From Paraphysomonas bandaiensis (taxonomy: Eukaryota > Protista > Chrysophyceae): a stretch of 64,000 nt of DNA. Below, piece by piece: positions 1 through 13,766 of the stretch (its first letter is position 1; every line of letters begins with the position of its first letter). The stretch is from contig CBFFRP010000370.1 of assembly GCA_965644295.1 (NCBI GenBank), positions 178,881 to 242,880 on the forward strand, in the 5' to 3' direction. The translations under genes were made by a program, and so were the position numbers. The notes under the pieces are model-generated. The model worked only from the letters and a program-made list of their open reading frames with translations. It had not been told where the DNA came from and ran no database searches.

Positions 1-163
1 GTATGTATGTATGTATGTATGTGTAGGTACTCCTGTAGCTGGGGGGTAGATAGGTATGTATATTCTACTCACTTGTTATTTAGAGTAGTAATATCGCATA
101 TTTGGTGTGAGCATCCTCCCCGTATTGTTCCTGTGTGATCTGATAGAGTGTTTCTTGTCAGTC

Positions 164-2286
164 ATGTCTTCAGGTTCATATGACAGGAGGTTAAAGGGTC
201 ACGAAGCCGGTCATCTCGTGAACTTCCGATACCCTACTTCGACTTCAACTTCGACTTCTACTTTCACTTCTTCATCCTCATCATCAGCACATCAGTCCCG
301 TAGATATACACATACTTCTAGTCGAAGTCATAATAATTCCTATGGAGGAGGTAACCGGAGTGGGAAGGGGCGGAGTAACAAGACCAAGAGAGGCGTGAGG
401 GGGTCCACTGGTTCGAATACTAACTTCCTCTTCATGAGGTCAGTCTCTGTGTATGTGTGTATGTATGTATGTATGTATGTGTGTGTGTAGCTATGCATAT
501 ATAAGCCCACACATACACGTGCCTCTTCTCACACTCATACAGCTACAAGTTTATCATCTCCCCCGACACATCCAGTGCCTCCCAAGCTCTCATCAATCCC
601 GATGCCTCACTCAACTGGAGTGACGTGGAGGCTGTCATAGCATTCGACACTCACACGATCGTTCATCCTCGACATCACCAGCAGCAGACCCACCATCCTC
701 ATCATCCCCACCACACTCAAACATATCCAGGCACTGTATGTCCGATCTGTCTGTCATCAGCAGTGCTGCCGGTCATCACACAGTGCGGGCATGTCTTCTG
801 GTGAGCTCTCATATCTTACCAGCCGACTTTAACCGTTACGATGCAGCTTTACGTGTATTCTTCGCTACTTAGCAGATGCGATGAGTCGGAAGTGTCCCAT
901 GTGTAATGGAGTCGTCACTCGAGGTGACCTCAGAGCAGTGCTGTATGATGACTATGCTCCGCCTAGTACGATACAAACAGGCAGTGTGGCAACATTTGTT
1001 CTACTTGTGTGTCCAAGAGGCTGTGCCGCACCCACTCGCATGTGTCCAGGATCCAACCCAACTCCTGCGCTCCCTCTTTACATGTCAGAGAATGCAGCCT
1101 TCAGCAGAGTGAGTTGGGCCTCTCCGGCGCAATTACGGAAGATATTGGAAAAGCGCCTCACGGAGCTAGATATGTTTCGACTTCAGTGTCTCGAATCTGG
1201 ACGTATTTCAGGAGTGTTATCAGAGGGTGTAGGAGATGTGGAGTACCTGCCTGTAATACCTGAGGCTCGTGAGATTTTGGAGGATCGGCTTCGTTCTATC
1301 CAGGAGAGGAAGGGCACTGGCGACACCGCTCCAGTATCAAGTGGAACGGAACGACCACTGTGGATGTACCAGCATTCTTCCGGAGCTCCCGCATTTCTAC
1401 ATCCTCTATGTGTACGCGGCCTCCAACGTGCTGTTTGTTCGGGTGAGAGAGAAGGGGCTGATGCAATTCTTGACAACCTGCCGTTGGAGGTGTCCTCACT
1501 TGTGGTTGGAGTTGAGAGCGATATTGTTACGGTGGAAACCCGCAGGAGATACCCCTTTACGCGGCATCTTCCACTGGACTGTCCTTTTTTTCTAGTGGAA
1601 GTTGACATGACCCATGTGGTACCACCGGAGGTCCTGGCAGAGTGAGTTTCACACGCATTTTCTATCTGTGTCGTAATTTTTACTCTCCCTCTTTTTAGGC
1701 TTCAAGGAGAAATTAATGCTCGCGCTGCGTCCAGAGCCAAGTTAGAGCGAGAGAGGCGCCGAACGGAACGCCGAGAGTGGTTTGATAAACAGCGTGCGGA
1801 CAAGCAGGAAATAGAAGATAGGAAGCAGAGAGTAGAAGTAGCGTGTCGTGTGGAGAAAGAGTCGCTTGAGAGTTTGCTCAACGGACCGGCCCTATCAAAC
1901 GCCAGCCAACCTGATTCGGACTCTGTTCCGATAACATCACCTCCAGTATCGACCTCGACTCCAAATGAGTGGGGGACTTTTTCTAGGATCACACAGGTAG
2001 GAAACTTTTACATTAATCTATTGTTATCTGTACTGAGTATGGATTCTCTACACAGATGGGGGGAAATTTCCCATCTCTGCATGAGTCGCAACCTGCAAAC
2101 GTCAGCATAAAGGAAACGACTGCGCCAGCTCCTACGCCGGGTCCATGGGGTCGGGTGGGTGCAGAGGCCTGGGGTCCCAAAGCTTCAACTCCGCGGGAGG
2201 TGCCACAACCTACACAAATACAGGAAGGTGGGGGAAAAAAAGGGCGCAGTAAAAAGAAGCAGGCACTCTTCTCTAACTCAAGGTAA
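164..2286 (+). CDS. RNF10: RNF10/Mag2-like C3HC4 RING E3 ubiquitin ligase (multi-exon)
   Basis: Spliced reading (introns 439-542, 801-846, 1642-1698, 1997-2055) gives HLVNF near the N-terminus, RING CPICL..VITQCGHVFCFTCILRYL..KCPMC, MYQHSSGAPAFLHPL, RRRYPFTRHLP and a KKKQALFS tail. A short extra 3' exon to ~2346 is possible. Confidence 0.85.
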
Positions 2287-2799
2287 TATGAAAGTTAAAA
2301 GTCGTACATCTCTGACTCTTTGTCCAGCAATAGGAGTTATAGGTGACTTGGAAAATGCATGCTGTAGATGTACTTGTATTGATGGTGTACATAAAATGTA
2401 GTATAGCAATATCTGGAGTATATTGTGTATTTTTCAGGCTGCCTCCAAACTCTGCTTCATCTAAGTCATTATACAGCCAAACACTAGTATGTTATTAAGT
2501 AACTATACCTTACTTTCTTTATATGCTATGTCTCTTCTACAGTCAACGGCTTTACTGCATTGCGGCAATGTGTGTCTTTTTGAAGTATCTGTCTGCTTGA
2601 AGTACAGTACATCTGCATAATTCAACAACTGCCAGTTATATATTCACAACTGCTGCTTTCAACATTCCTTACTCAAAAGATGCCTATAAAAATCATTTTT
2701 TTACCTTCTATTCCTTATTGTCTGCTTACAACGCTATATACGAAATGATCATCATTTTATCATCAATGTCATTCTGAACTACCTTTCATCATTATCCTA

Positions 2800-3029
2800 A
2801 AGTCAGCAGATGTCATGTACATCATCATTCTGCTTGCTCACGGCGTTGGCTTCGAGCGATAGTGAAAGTGGATGCACCTCGGGGCTTGCGGTGACGCACA
2901 AGCAGCTTTCGTCTATCGTAGCGTTAAAAAGTAGGATATCAGAATTAAGCAGTAAGCAGTAGATAGTTAAATTGTTTTGCTACATTAGTTCTGATTCGTA
3001 CACGCCTATTGCTAGTTATAAGACATTCA
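2800..3029 (+). repeat. Copy of dispersed structured repeat family (3'-terminal module)
   Basis: Similar to 53085-53238 and 30315-30375; ends in AGACATTCA like the 53238 and 51228 termini. Confidence 0.8.
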
Positions 3030-3164
3030 CTACTTCTTACTATTATATACTTTAATCGATATGATCAATGTCTTCGTCAAAAAAAATAATACAGGTTATC
3101 GCTCTATGTAACAATGTCGAGGACTATCAATATACATTCCTCGACAGTTCCCATTCAGTTGGCA

Positions 3165-5370
3165 CTACTTAAGCTTCTGCATTAATGCGACATATCTATC
3201 GATGTCAAACTTGCGTTTACATCCCGCGTAGTTCATAAACCTTATTTTACCGAACACAGGCCTCTCAGGACCCCATGCCCTATCATGTACTCCAGCTATT
3301 GCCCACATGCATCCCACATACCCTGCACACGACATTACCGAAAGCTAAAATACAGACAGCAGGATTTCTTTTGATACTCACCATTGGGGTCCCGTCCATC
3401 CAGAGAGTACTTGTCATTGAGGTACACTGCTATTCTTAGAGCATCTTCGGGATCTGTCGTCCATTCCAATATCTGCGAATAGCCACATTGAGATCACCCA
3501 ATCAATACGATTTAGTCCATACGCTTGCCTTCTTAGCCCAGTACATACGCATGAATCCGTGCATCTTGCCTCGATACACCTGAACATCATGAAATTTAGT
3601 GATGCGCCGCAAAGTAGGACATATTCGTACCAGCTCGTGCTGTGCCGCATTCCACAGATTGTCTGATGTCTTACCCTCTTCCAATTCAGCCTCAGAGTAA
3701 ACCACAGAGCGGGTATCATTCCAGTGCTCACGCAGAGTCTTTTGAGCCCAACTGTGAACATAAATCACAAAGAGTATTCAGTGACTGATCAAAGATCTCA
3801 CCTATGAGCACCAGAGATTGAGTCATACAAAGGATTGAACATACAGAAATTTTCTGCGAGTTCGCGTCGCACCACCAGTTCTTCACAGAAAGAATGCACT
3901 CCAGTAGTTCGATCACCCTCTGGGAATAAGGCTTTATTAGTTGTGAACCCTTTAATACGCTTCACCTATAGATTGCACATATAAGAATAAATGCTACAAT
4001 ACTGAAAGAAAACTTTACTTCTAAGCAGATGCGCTGGGCAGATATGTGACCGAAGTGCATATATGGGGAGAGATCAGAAGAGCCACCATTGGTGGATAAG
4101 CACGGATCATTTCTAGTAGTGGCATAGCTCTCCAACCTGCTCCCTCTTCCTCCATTTCCAAGAAAGTTTCTTAAGGCATCCATTGCCGCACCTTCACCTG
4201 GCACAGCCCAGTCTACCTCATCTACGCCACAGTCAACACCGCTAATAAATTTATATAAGTCCTCCCATCCACGGTCTCCTCCCGGTACAACCCATGTGTG
4301 GCCACTTAATTCTGGTGACTGTTCCTTCACAGGGGGGAACTCCACTAGGAATTCGTCCACAAGGGCATGTATTTTACCACGAATCGTCTTCGCAGAAAAC
4401 TCGCACTTGGGCGTCACATCCCAGCATGGACAGACGTTGTGAGCGTCCACCTGATGTAATTAGAGGGATCACCAAAGTCTCATTTGATCCATTAATTCAC
4501 ATACCTCAATGAATGTCGTTCCAATATTACTACTAACAAGTTCACTGGCAATGCGGTCCTTCCAGCGTTGGGCAGTGCGAAGTGGAGAAAAGTCGGAAAC
4601 AAGAGTTGTCACGCCATTTTCCCGACAAAACGCAGGCACAGTCTCCTCCGGACTGCCTACACAGAGCAACAATAAAATAGTAGTACACAAAACTACTACA
4701 GCTCACCTCTCAATATAAATACTGGAATACCATAGTACTCAGCTTCCGCCTGGAGTAGCTTCAGTCCCCTGAGCATAAATCCATAGTGGCGTAAGTTGGC
4801 TCCTGGAAAACAAGGAGCAAGACCGAACACAACACACAATGGAGACTCAGTTTCTTCTGCCATTTCCTGTGCCCGTATGAGTGCCCAGTTATCATGTATT
4901 CGTTGGTCTCGTGACATCCAGTATACAACAGGTGCATGCATCGGTCGGCCGTTATCGATATCTCCTCTCACGACATAACGACTGCGAGTAGAGGAACACT
5001 TCTGATTGGAATCACAGATACGATCCTCCAGTCTGGGGACATAGATATCCATATCAAGGTAGTCAGATAGTGATATATGCATCCCATTAGCAGTGTGTGC
5101 GGCTGATGCGTGAGATCTGCTCGATGTATAGTCTCTTAATAGTGTCCGGAGGACACAGGCCGCAGTAGAGGACACACGGACACTCCGGCACCTCTGTAAC
5201 CGTCTCATATATTTGATGACCACTGGAGCCATATGAGATGGCACCTGTGAGTGTCTGATAGTCTCACAGATCTGATGAAGTCTCTGATGATCGTGTTTCA
5301 CCAGACCCTCCTCTATCTCGCTCTCTATCTCCTTTATATCTAATGAACACTCCTCTTTGATAGAAGGCAT
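3165..5370 (-). CDS. PHR1: Class II CPD DNA photolyase (multi-exon)
   Basis: Motifs [79 protein letters not shown]; stop at 3165-3167. Start codon uncertain. Confidence 0.95.
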
Positions 5371-6089
5371 TACAGGGGAGATGATTGACAGGGAGGAGCG
5401 TCTTTATCGTGTGATGTGAGGGTTGTGGCGGGAGCTGCTGAGTGAGTATCTATCGTGATGTTAGTGTATGTATGTATGTATGTGTATGTATGTGTAGCTA
5501 TGTGTATGTATGTGTGTATATGTAGCTATGTGTATGTATGTGAGCGGCTGTATTCCATGCTCTACAGATGACGCACCTCTTCCAGCCAGCTTCAACTGAC
5601 GATATGGGAGACACTGCTGTATTCTTTATGTATTCTGCTGATCAATCATCTGATTGGCTAGAAGGAAAGTTGTGCAAATTCGTCTGCTCTATGCGTCATG
5701 ATAGTATACCGCTGTAGTATGCCGGTATATGTATGTACGCTGCTGTATCTATAGCTTGAGCATCTACATGGCGGTCTTATAGTTCTATAATCTATAGCAC
5801 TTGGGGTATGGATATGTGAATGATAGAGTACGTGAATGTCGTATGTGAAGTGTGGTGTATCGTATAGCTAGCATGTAGTACAGTACAGTACAGTACAGTA
5901 CAGAGTGTGGATGTGAAGTGTGTTGTATCATGAAGTACGTGAATGTTATTGGATGATTGTATTCTTCGAAGTGACTCGTTCATAGCACACTATCAGTGTA
6001 CATATACATACATACATACACTCACAATCACTGTACACATATCTGCATACACGCCTCTCCATACACACATTCATATCGCATATCATCTA

Positions 6090-6626
6090 ATGGCGCTTCA
6101 TCCCTTTCACATGGAAACAGGTACGTCATTCGCTGGAGTGTTTCTATCCTTGTTATCATGCGTATGCATTCAGTTCCGTCCTCATGGCTGGGTGGTCCTG
6201 GTATAGAGGAGTTTACCCTTGCAATGCACCCGCATCACCACCACTGGCGTATGCTTGTCGATATTCTTGACTGCGGGGACAAATACTGTGTGTATTGCGG
6301 TATGGTAGTACCGGACGGATGGGGTGGTGTTATGATGTGTGTGTATGTATGTAGATATTCCAGGAGTCACTGAGGAAAACATCGACATCTCTTTTGAAAA
6401 CAATATCCTCATCATCAAGGCGACACGGCAACGTGGAGATCTGTGTGGCGCTGAATTGTGTTGCTCTGAACGAGATTTCGGTAAATGGAACCGCCGAGTT
6501 CGGATGCCTTCAAATGCGGATCTCAACAATGCCAGTGCATCTGTTGACAATGGAGTGCTCTGTATTGAGTTTTCAAAATTGGATCAGCCATTAGCCGGGA
6601 AAATGATACCTATCACAAAAAAATGA
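6090..6626 (+). CDS. Small heat-shock protein (HSP20/alpha-crystallin domain)
   Basis: VDIPGVTEENIDISFENNILIIKATR...ERDFGKWNRRVRMPSNAD..ASASVDNGVLCI is an alpha-crystallin domain; two short 5' introns. Confidence 0.9.
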
Positions 6627-8033
6627 AGGCTCTGAGGTGTTTTCGATAACATATGATATGATGGATTTAGTATCGACGCTATTAACAGAATTGTCGCTTG
6701 TCACTTTAATCTTCATGATACTACCGAACTCGTGCAAACTACATATTCTGCTTTCCGTTTCTATTTTGTACTTTGAAAATACTTATTAAATATATAAGAT
6801 TCTTTCGCCCTTCGATCATACGTATATAATGGAATATGTATCACAAAGAAAGTAGTAAATAGTGTTGTTGGTTGAAGCATATATGTCTATCGTATATCGT
6901 AACTGTAGTGCTTTAACAACAGTTTTATTAAGTGAATTCTATACATACTAGTGAATTCTCATGTATTAGGAGTACCACTGCAGTGCGACGTGTATGATAT
7001 TGACAAAGGTGAGAAAAATAGAAATAAAATTGATAAACAATACCAGTTAGTGTAAAACTTCTCTAACATTACCTGTTACAACTTATTACATCATTACATC
7101 TCTCTTAATTGGCTTCATTTCTACATATCAAGTACTACTATTTCTACAAAATAATAATCAATTCAAATACTTTATCCTACTATTTATTATTAATCAACGC
7201 CATAAAAGGTAGACGGTTACAAATATTTAATCTTTATAATGTCAGAAAAGTAATATAAGTTAATTAAGAATTCTGACTGAGTTTTTCCATACAATCACAT
7301 GACAGATGACGACTAACTTGGTATTGCGAGATCGTAGTGTGTACTGAGCGCTCGACGAAACTTGTAGGACGAGAATGCAACATCACAACGAATGCAGAGA
7401 GCAATAAGGCTACTAGGAGTACGACAGATAATCAAACAGCACGATATCTTGACACTGGAGTAAGTGTCGTAAACTTGCAGTACTATTTGACGCCCACTTC
7501 ATCATGTTGGCAGTCCTACGGCCATACATATTGACGAAACAGCAAACTGCCAATGGACAGCAATAAGTGTTAGTCTAGTAGAGGATTAGCTGTTGTATTG
7601 GCAGAGTATAGTATATGCCTGTACATGTCCCATCCAACACTGCTGGATATGATGCATATACTATCTTTATATATGGATACACTGCAACTACTGCTGTATG
7701 CTATAGTGTATATAGGCGTATAGGCGTATAGGCTGTGTACATATAGAACACTCACCATCACCAGATATGTTTATAGAAAAAATAAACTGAAATTTTACAT
7801 CTATTAAAGATTTTGTGGTTTGGAGGAGGTGCGATATCTATCGCATGTTTTGGTATGTATGTACGTATAGGTATGTATGTGGGCGTATAGCAGTATGTGT
7901 ATGTATATATGCACTGTGTGTGTGGTGTGTATAGATAGAGTGTGTATATACATATATATGCAGAGCATCGCATAGACACACCGACCTCCATTACTCAAAG
8001 CACATAACTGTTATATATAAGGAGAAAGTTGCA

Positions 8034-10313
8034 ATGGAGGGTTTCGATGAGAACCCGTATGTGACTGTTGTTGCTAAGAAACACAGAAACCTGCGCAAGA
8101 AGTGAGTCTCTCCACATGCAGCACACCATCTCTAGATATATAGATATATGCGTGTAGATGCACATGATATGGGGGATGTATGACTGTATGTATATGAGTG
8201 TATGTATGCATACGCTATGAGTGTATGTGTGTGTATGATATGAGTGTATATGTGTATGCATGTGTGTGTATATGCATGTGACTGTCGTCTATACGCTCCT
8301 CACATGCATTTGTAACGTCTGTTCATTAGGCTTGATAAAATTTTAAAGATAGAGACACAGAGAAATGAGGGAAAGAAGGTGAGGGCAGTGAACGGCTGCA
8401 CTGTTCTAGTATGACTATGTGGACAGGCGTTGAATGAGGAGCAACTGGTTTTGCTCACTACTAAAGGAAGCGTCGAGAAGGCCCTTGCAGATGTTGATAG
8501 TATTAAAACACAGTTGGAGGATGTTGCTAGACAGGAAGTACGTTACACCTTCATTGAAGTCGCCTTGTCATTAATCTATAATAGCTTCAGCTGAAGCAGT
8601 TGCAGAAGGAGCAGGAGGCCGCTGTTGCGGAGACCACTGAAGCGTCGACTGGAACTCCTTCAGTCGAAGTTAATACCCTTTCCACACAATGCGAGCAGGA
8701 AGGGCACGACGTTGCATGTGGTGTGGACGAGGCAATGAAAGCTGACCAGCAAGAAGAGCCTCAACCGTCATTTGATCCTGCCACATATCGCGAAATGCTT
8801 AGGTCTCAGGTGAGCTAGATATCCTTATTTTTGCGCTGCAGTTGACTGAGAGTGGTTGGGTAGGTGTTCAAGCTCCTGAAGCTTTTCCATGTGTGCGCTC
8901 GGTACCCAACTCTCATGGGTAATAGCCTTCCCCCAGATATTGTTTACTTCGGTAAGTGTCTGATGGGCGAGACCTCCATCTCCGGATTTAGAGACACATT
9001 GCAGCAGAGCACTCGCAACGCGGAGTTGTATTTGGATGTGAGTCACACCACACTCTTTTGTTATATATATATGTATGTTCTACTCTGGTTACACCTCCTG
9101 CGCCTGTCTGCCTCTATGAGACGGGTCCCAGCAGGTCAGTCAGTATTTGACTTCCTGTTGGGGGATGGTAGAGGGTGCGTATATGTTTTGCATATACACG
9201 CCCTAACGACCATACAACAATTATCGTATCATAGTCCGTCTGGGGACGCCTGTAGTACTGCTACATGGCATCTCCGCCCCAGAAGGCTCCATTTCGATGA
9301 CAAAACATGCTACATTCAATCCTATTTAGCTTGTACTATTTTTTGTACTTTACTTACACGTACACTTCTAGGAGGAAATGGCGTCCAAGTACGAGGCAAT
9401 TCGCGGTATGAGTTACAGTCAGATAGCTGATATCATCGACTCTTTGGCCGGAGAACTGGAGTCTCCCGCTCCCGTACATCCCCCTACCCCTCCTCCTCGG
9501 TCCCCACAGATTAACTTCTTCGCTGATGCACCGGAGCCAAAGCCGGCAGCAGAAAGCGAACCCTCCGTGGCCGGAGAGGCACAAGGACAGGAGTCTCTCT
9601 ATGTTGGTGAGGGGTACGGTGCAGGGGGCATGGGTGGTCTACCACCAGCTGTCTTAGATTGGGCTGCTCCTTCGTCGGGTAGTTCTTTGTTGGGCGGAGA
9701 GGAAGTCGTGAAGCCCGTACATCAGGACGAAACTGAACCAAAATCTGTGCCTGCGGCAAGCGGGGAAGCGGAACAGCAGGGTGAGGGGGTAAGGTCTACA
9801 CTCGACCCCGTACATGTACCAGGGGAAGGAGGGAAGAAAGGTGGCGCCCCTGGTAAGAGAGGCGGGAGGAACCGTCCGAGAGGCAACAGAGGAGGGCGTG
9901 GAGCGGCTGCTGCACAACCTGCAGAATCCAAGGCACAAACAGCAGCCCCTGCCCAAGCCCCCCCACCACAAGCTGAAGAAAGCAAAGCTACTGTGCCCTC
10001 CAAGCCCAGAGGTAAGGCCTGGGGGTCTGACAGCAGAAGGGAAGGAGCTCTGGCCGCTGTGGCACCTTCAGCACCAGCGTCTGCATCAGAAAAACCTTCG
10101 TCCACTCCCTCGGGTGGCAAGCCCAAGGGCGAGAAGAGCAACAGTAGAGCGCCTGCTTCAGGGAACAACGTGAAGTCCAAGAGACCCCCGCGCAACCAGC
10201 AACAGGGCGCTGCAAACCCCGCGAACAGCAGAGCTGGCAATAACAGGCAACCTAGGGACAACAGGCCCAAGCAGCAGAAGGCCCCCGCTAAGCCCCAGCA
10301 GCAAGCCGCTTAG
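8034..10313 (+). CDS. Caprin-like RNA-granule protein (coiled N-terminus, RGG/disordered C-terminus)
   Basis: Spliced N-terminus MEGFDENPYVTVVAKKHRNLRKKLDKILKIE..GKKALNEEQL resembles the Caprin HR1 start; last exon has KRGGRNRPRGNRGGRG and P/A/Q-rich disorder. Confidence 0.6.
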
Positions 10314-11600
10314 TCGCAGTCACTGAGATTCCCAATCGTTGGACAACAACATCAACACCCTCGCTAAGGAGAGATGATGAGTTAGGTATATTTGTATAGC
10401 TTTGTCTGGCATGTATTTCTTGTAATGTTTGCTGTCAAACGGTGCATCTTCATTGTTTCATCTTGAGTTAAAGGTTACGTTGAGGTCCAAAACTGGTAGT
10501 CAATGTGCTGTAATAATCATGAATTATTATTTTTGACGACTAGCTCGTGACTTGCATCAAGTAGTTTGTTCTTCAAGATTAGAAATCGCTGATTAGAAAC
10601 ATCCACATGATTTGTTGCGTGTCGTGCTCTATATGCTGGAATGCATGATATAGTATTTTAACTTCGAATACTCTCATAAGATTCAACTTACGAAATGCGT
10701 ATTTATTATTTATTGTAATAAACAGGATACTATTTAAGATTAATCATCATTAGATTGGCAAAGAGTTTGTAAGGGCTAAAGCATAAATGAAGGGTTATAT
10801 ATATATATATTACTAATAACAATATTAATTGTCAATTCTTTATATACACATTCACCGTCGCCTCAACACGTATCATCCTTATTCATTATCCGCATCCACA
10901 TTGCCGCTTTTAAATTTATTTTCTTATCTCTCGTGGACATCTGTTGGAGTACTCTCGTGTATAGTAAGTGTTCAGTACGAGGTGTCGCAGAACTTTGTTT
11001 CCTATATATAACTAGACTCACTTCGCAGTACGTGTACTATAAAGTTATCTGGCAGTCCACTCTCGATAATTAGCTGTACTACTAATCCAAATACTCATTC
11101 AATACAGATTGCAGTGCTGAACATGTCCACGAGTCATTCTATCAATACACTGCTATATCTTAATGATGATTTACACACAGAGAGTACCCTACACATATAA
11201 TCATATCGTGTAACATATTGAGGAGGTTGTATGGCTCATATGTCTTATGATATGATCCAGTGTGTCGATATGTCCTATTGTCCTCATTTCTACAGCAGTT
11301 TTATGTATAGCACTCCACACGACGTGCGTTCATATGAAGAATATTCTACGGGACAAAATCGCACTCATGTTTTTGGAAGGGAAAATACCAGTACAAACTA
11401 GTGTAGAATCCATTATTACAACGGACAAAAAATGTGATGTTGTGAGGTATGCCTGTATGTACGTGTGTATGTGTGTATGTATGTACGAGTGTATTCCTCT
11501 ATATGGTAACGACATACAGCTCGGCTCTCTATGCATGTATGTGTATGTATGTATCCTCATATCTATCCACCTCTACACTAACCACACCATAATATCACAC

Positions 11601-12699
11601 ATGGGCGCTGCCTCATCCATCCACTGGCCAGATCTCCCTGAGGACCTATCTCCCGATGATCTGAGAGCCCTGATAGGTGATGATATATATCACATCTACA
11701 AAGAATCGAATCCCAATAAAACCATATCGAAAGACCGTTTAATTCATCTGATTGACTACTATCACACTGCTATGAGACAATCTGAAGCACGAGAAATGCT
11801 TCATGTCTTCAAACAGTACGCACCGATGGGAGAAATGAACGCACGTTCCCTCACAGCCCTCTGCAGAGACTGTAAGCTATTGAAGAAGAGCGTATTAACT
11901 CCTGTTGACGTTACACTTCTATTTGAGAAGGCTAAAAAGCAGCAGAAAGAGACATCAAACACTCTCGATTTTATATCATTCACTAAAATTGCCATTCCGT
12001 TAATAGCTGAGAAGAGAGGCGTCGATTCGTGTGTTATTTGGTCAAAAATTGCGTGTTTAGAGCCGTCTCATACCCACACACTGGAGAGCACTGGCGATGA
12101 GATGACGCAGGCAACACCTCAGCAGAATCATGCTGCTATAAAGCTGCAGAAACTAACACGGAAGAGAAGTGCGGAGTATACTGTTGAATGCATAAAAGCG
12201 GTACGCCTTCTATGAGTCGACTGTGTGTTTGTTAACAGTGTCATGACAGATTCAGCGATCTGCAAATACTGTTGACGATAATTTCTTTGATATTCCTGAA
12301 GATTGTGAGGATGAAAAGAAAATGATCGATATTTTTGCGGGGATAAGTGATGAAAATGATGAGGTCGACTGTGCAACTCTAATTGCTCTCATGAAGAAAG
12401 CTGGAGTACTTTGTCAGCGGTTTACGGCTACAGATGTTCGATGGGCGTTTCACAAAACGAAGGTGATAGCTAAAACCCGTGAAAAATATCAAAAAGGAGT
12501 GCTTTGTGATAAGCGTATCACCTATGTGGTCTTTCGTGAAGTGTTTCTCCCATGTGTAGCTGACAGAAGAGGAATTGCAGTTTCGGACCTTTGTGACGCA
12601 ATTCGACTGCTGGAATCAAATCCAAAACCCGATATATCGGCTGAAGCAGTAGTTGTAAAAAATAACTTCTTGAGTTCTCTTATGCAGAATGTTGTGTGA
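11601..12699 (+). CDS. Protein with two p25alpha (TPPP) domains and an IQ-like motif; N-myristoylation-type start
   Basis: MGAASS start; FKQYAPMGEMNARSLTALCRDCKLL..LTPVDVTLLFEKAK..LDFISF..IAEKRG; second copy FTATDVRWAFHKTK..ITYVVF..VADRRG; AAIKLQKLTR. Confidence 0.75.
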
Positions 12700-13766
12700 G
12701 GAAAATGTATACAATGTCTCTAATGTCTACCATGGGTTATCAGTTAATGTGTGTGCGTACGTTTTCGTTGACTTAGAGGTCAGAAATTATTTGTGTTACT
12801 GAGGCGTCAATTGCACTGACCATCCTGTCAAGAAGTTTACTATATGTTCATTTGTCGTAAGTCTAGCCAAGAACGTGTGAGAGATATTTATTTTGTGTCA
12901 TTCTTTTTCGGTGTGTGCCACTTTATTGTATTTCTATACAACTCTCTAGACAACAGATGTAAACGTATTACACCCTCTCCAAGGATTGCCTCACCTCCTT
13001 TACCATCATAACTCCCGCAATGAACAGTGCTTTACTTATAATTAAAAGTATATAATAAAATTCCCTTTTTAATATAGTATTGTACTTTTTATCAGCAGGC
13101 TTGAGTAACATTTCATTGATGAGTAATGAGAAAGATCCAACAATAATAACACTATTGTTCCTCTTTCCTCTGTAAGAGTGTATTCTTGCACACAATCACA
13201 CACACTACTGGGAATATAGCAACAAATAGTGGTTCCCAGCGGATACACAACATCATTTACAATTTACACCACTATATGTTGAATATCCGGAATCGCTTAT
13301 GCTGTGTATACTGTATTTCTACGATCGTTGCGGAAGTGCAAAGTTTGCTGTTTTTTAACGTACGTTGACATGTTACTATTCTTGCGTACTGAGGTAAAAG
13401 TGTATATTGACCCTTAGCACAGTATACAGCTAACTTCTCTATGTTATCACATTCGAATCTTAATGGTTACTAATCTGAGATTAAGCATCTTTTAGGAGGT
13501 AAGTGCATTTACTAGTTGTAAACCTGGCTAATGGCTTGAGTCGTAACACGATATATTCTTCGCTTACAACCTACGTCACACTTGGTCTTGTATGTTCATC
13601 AAGATTATGATACACTGCTACTATTGCATAAAGTTATGACGACTGTACCCTTCTATTTCGATCACAGTACACTAGAATTGTTAATTCCAGGTGTGAGTTC
13701 GTTCGCCATACTGACATATATATATACATATAAATACAGGCAGCTACCATAACTCCGCGTAATAAA

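Noticed and set aside
9511-10270. Long antisense/overlapping ORFs (likewise within the Kv, MscS and GOLD genes)
   Set aside because: Shadow frames of GC-rich exons with no domain features.
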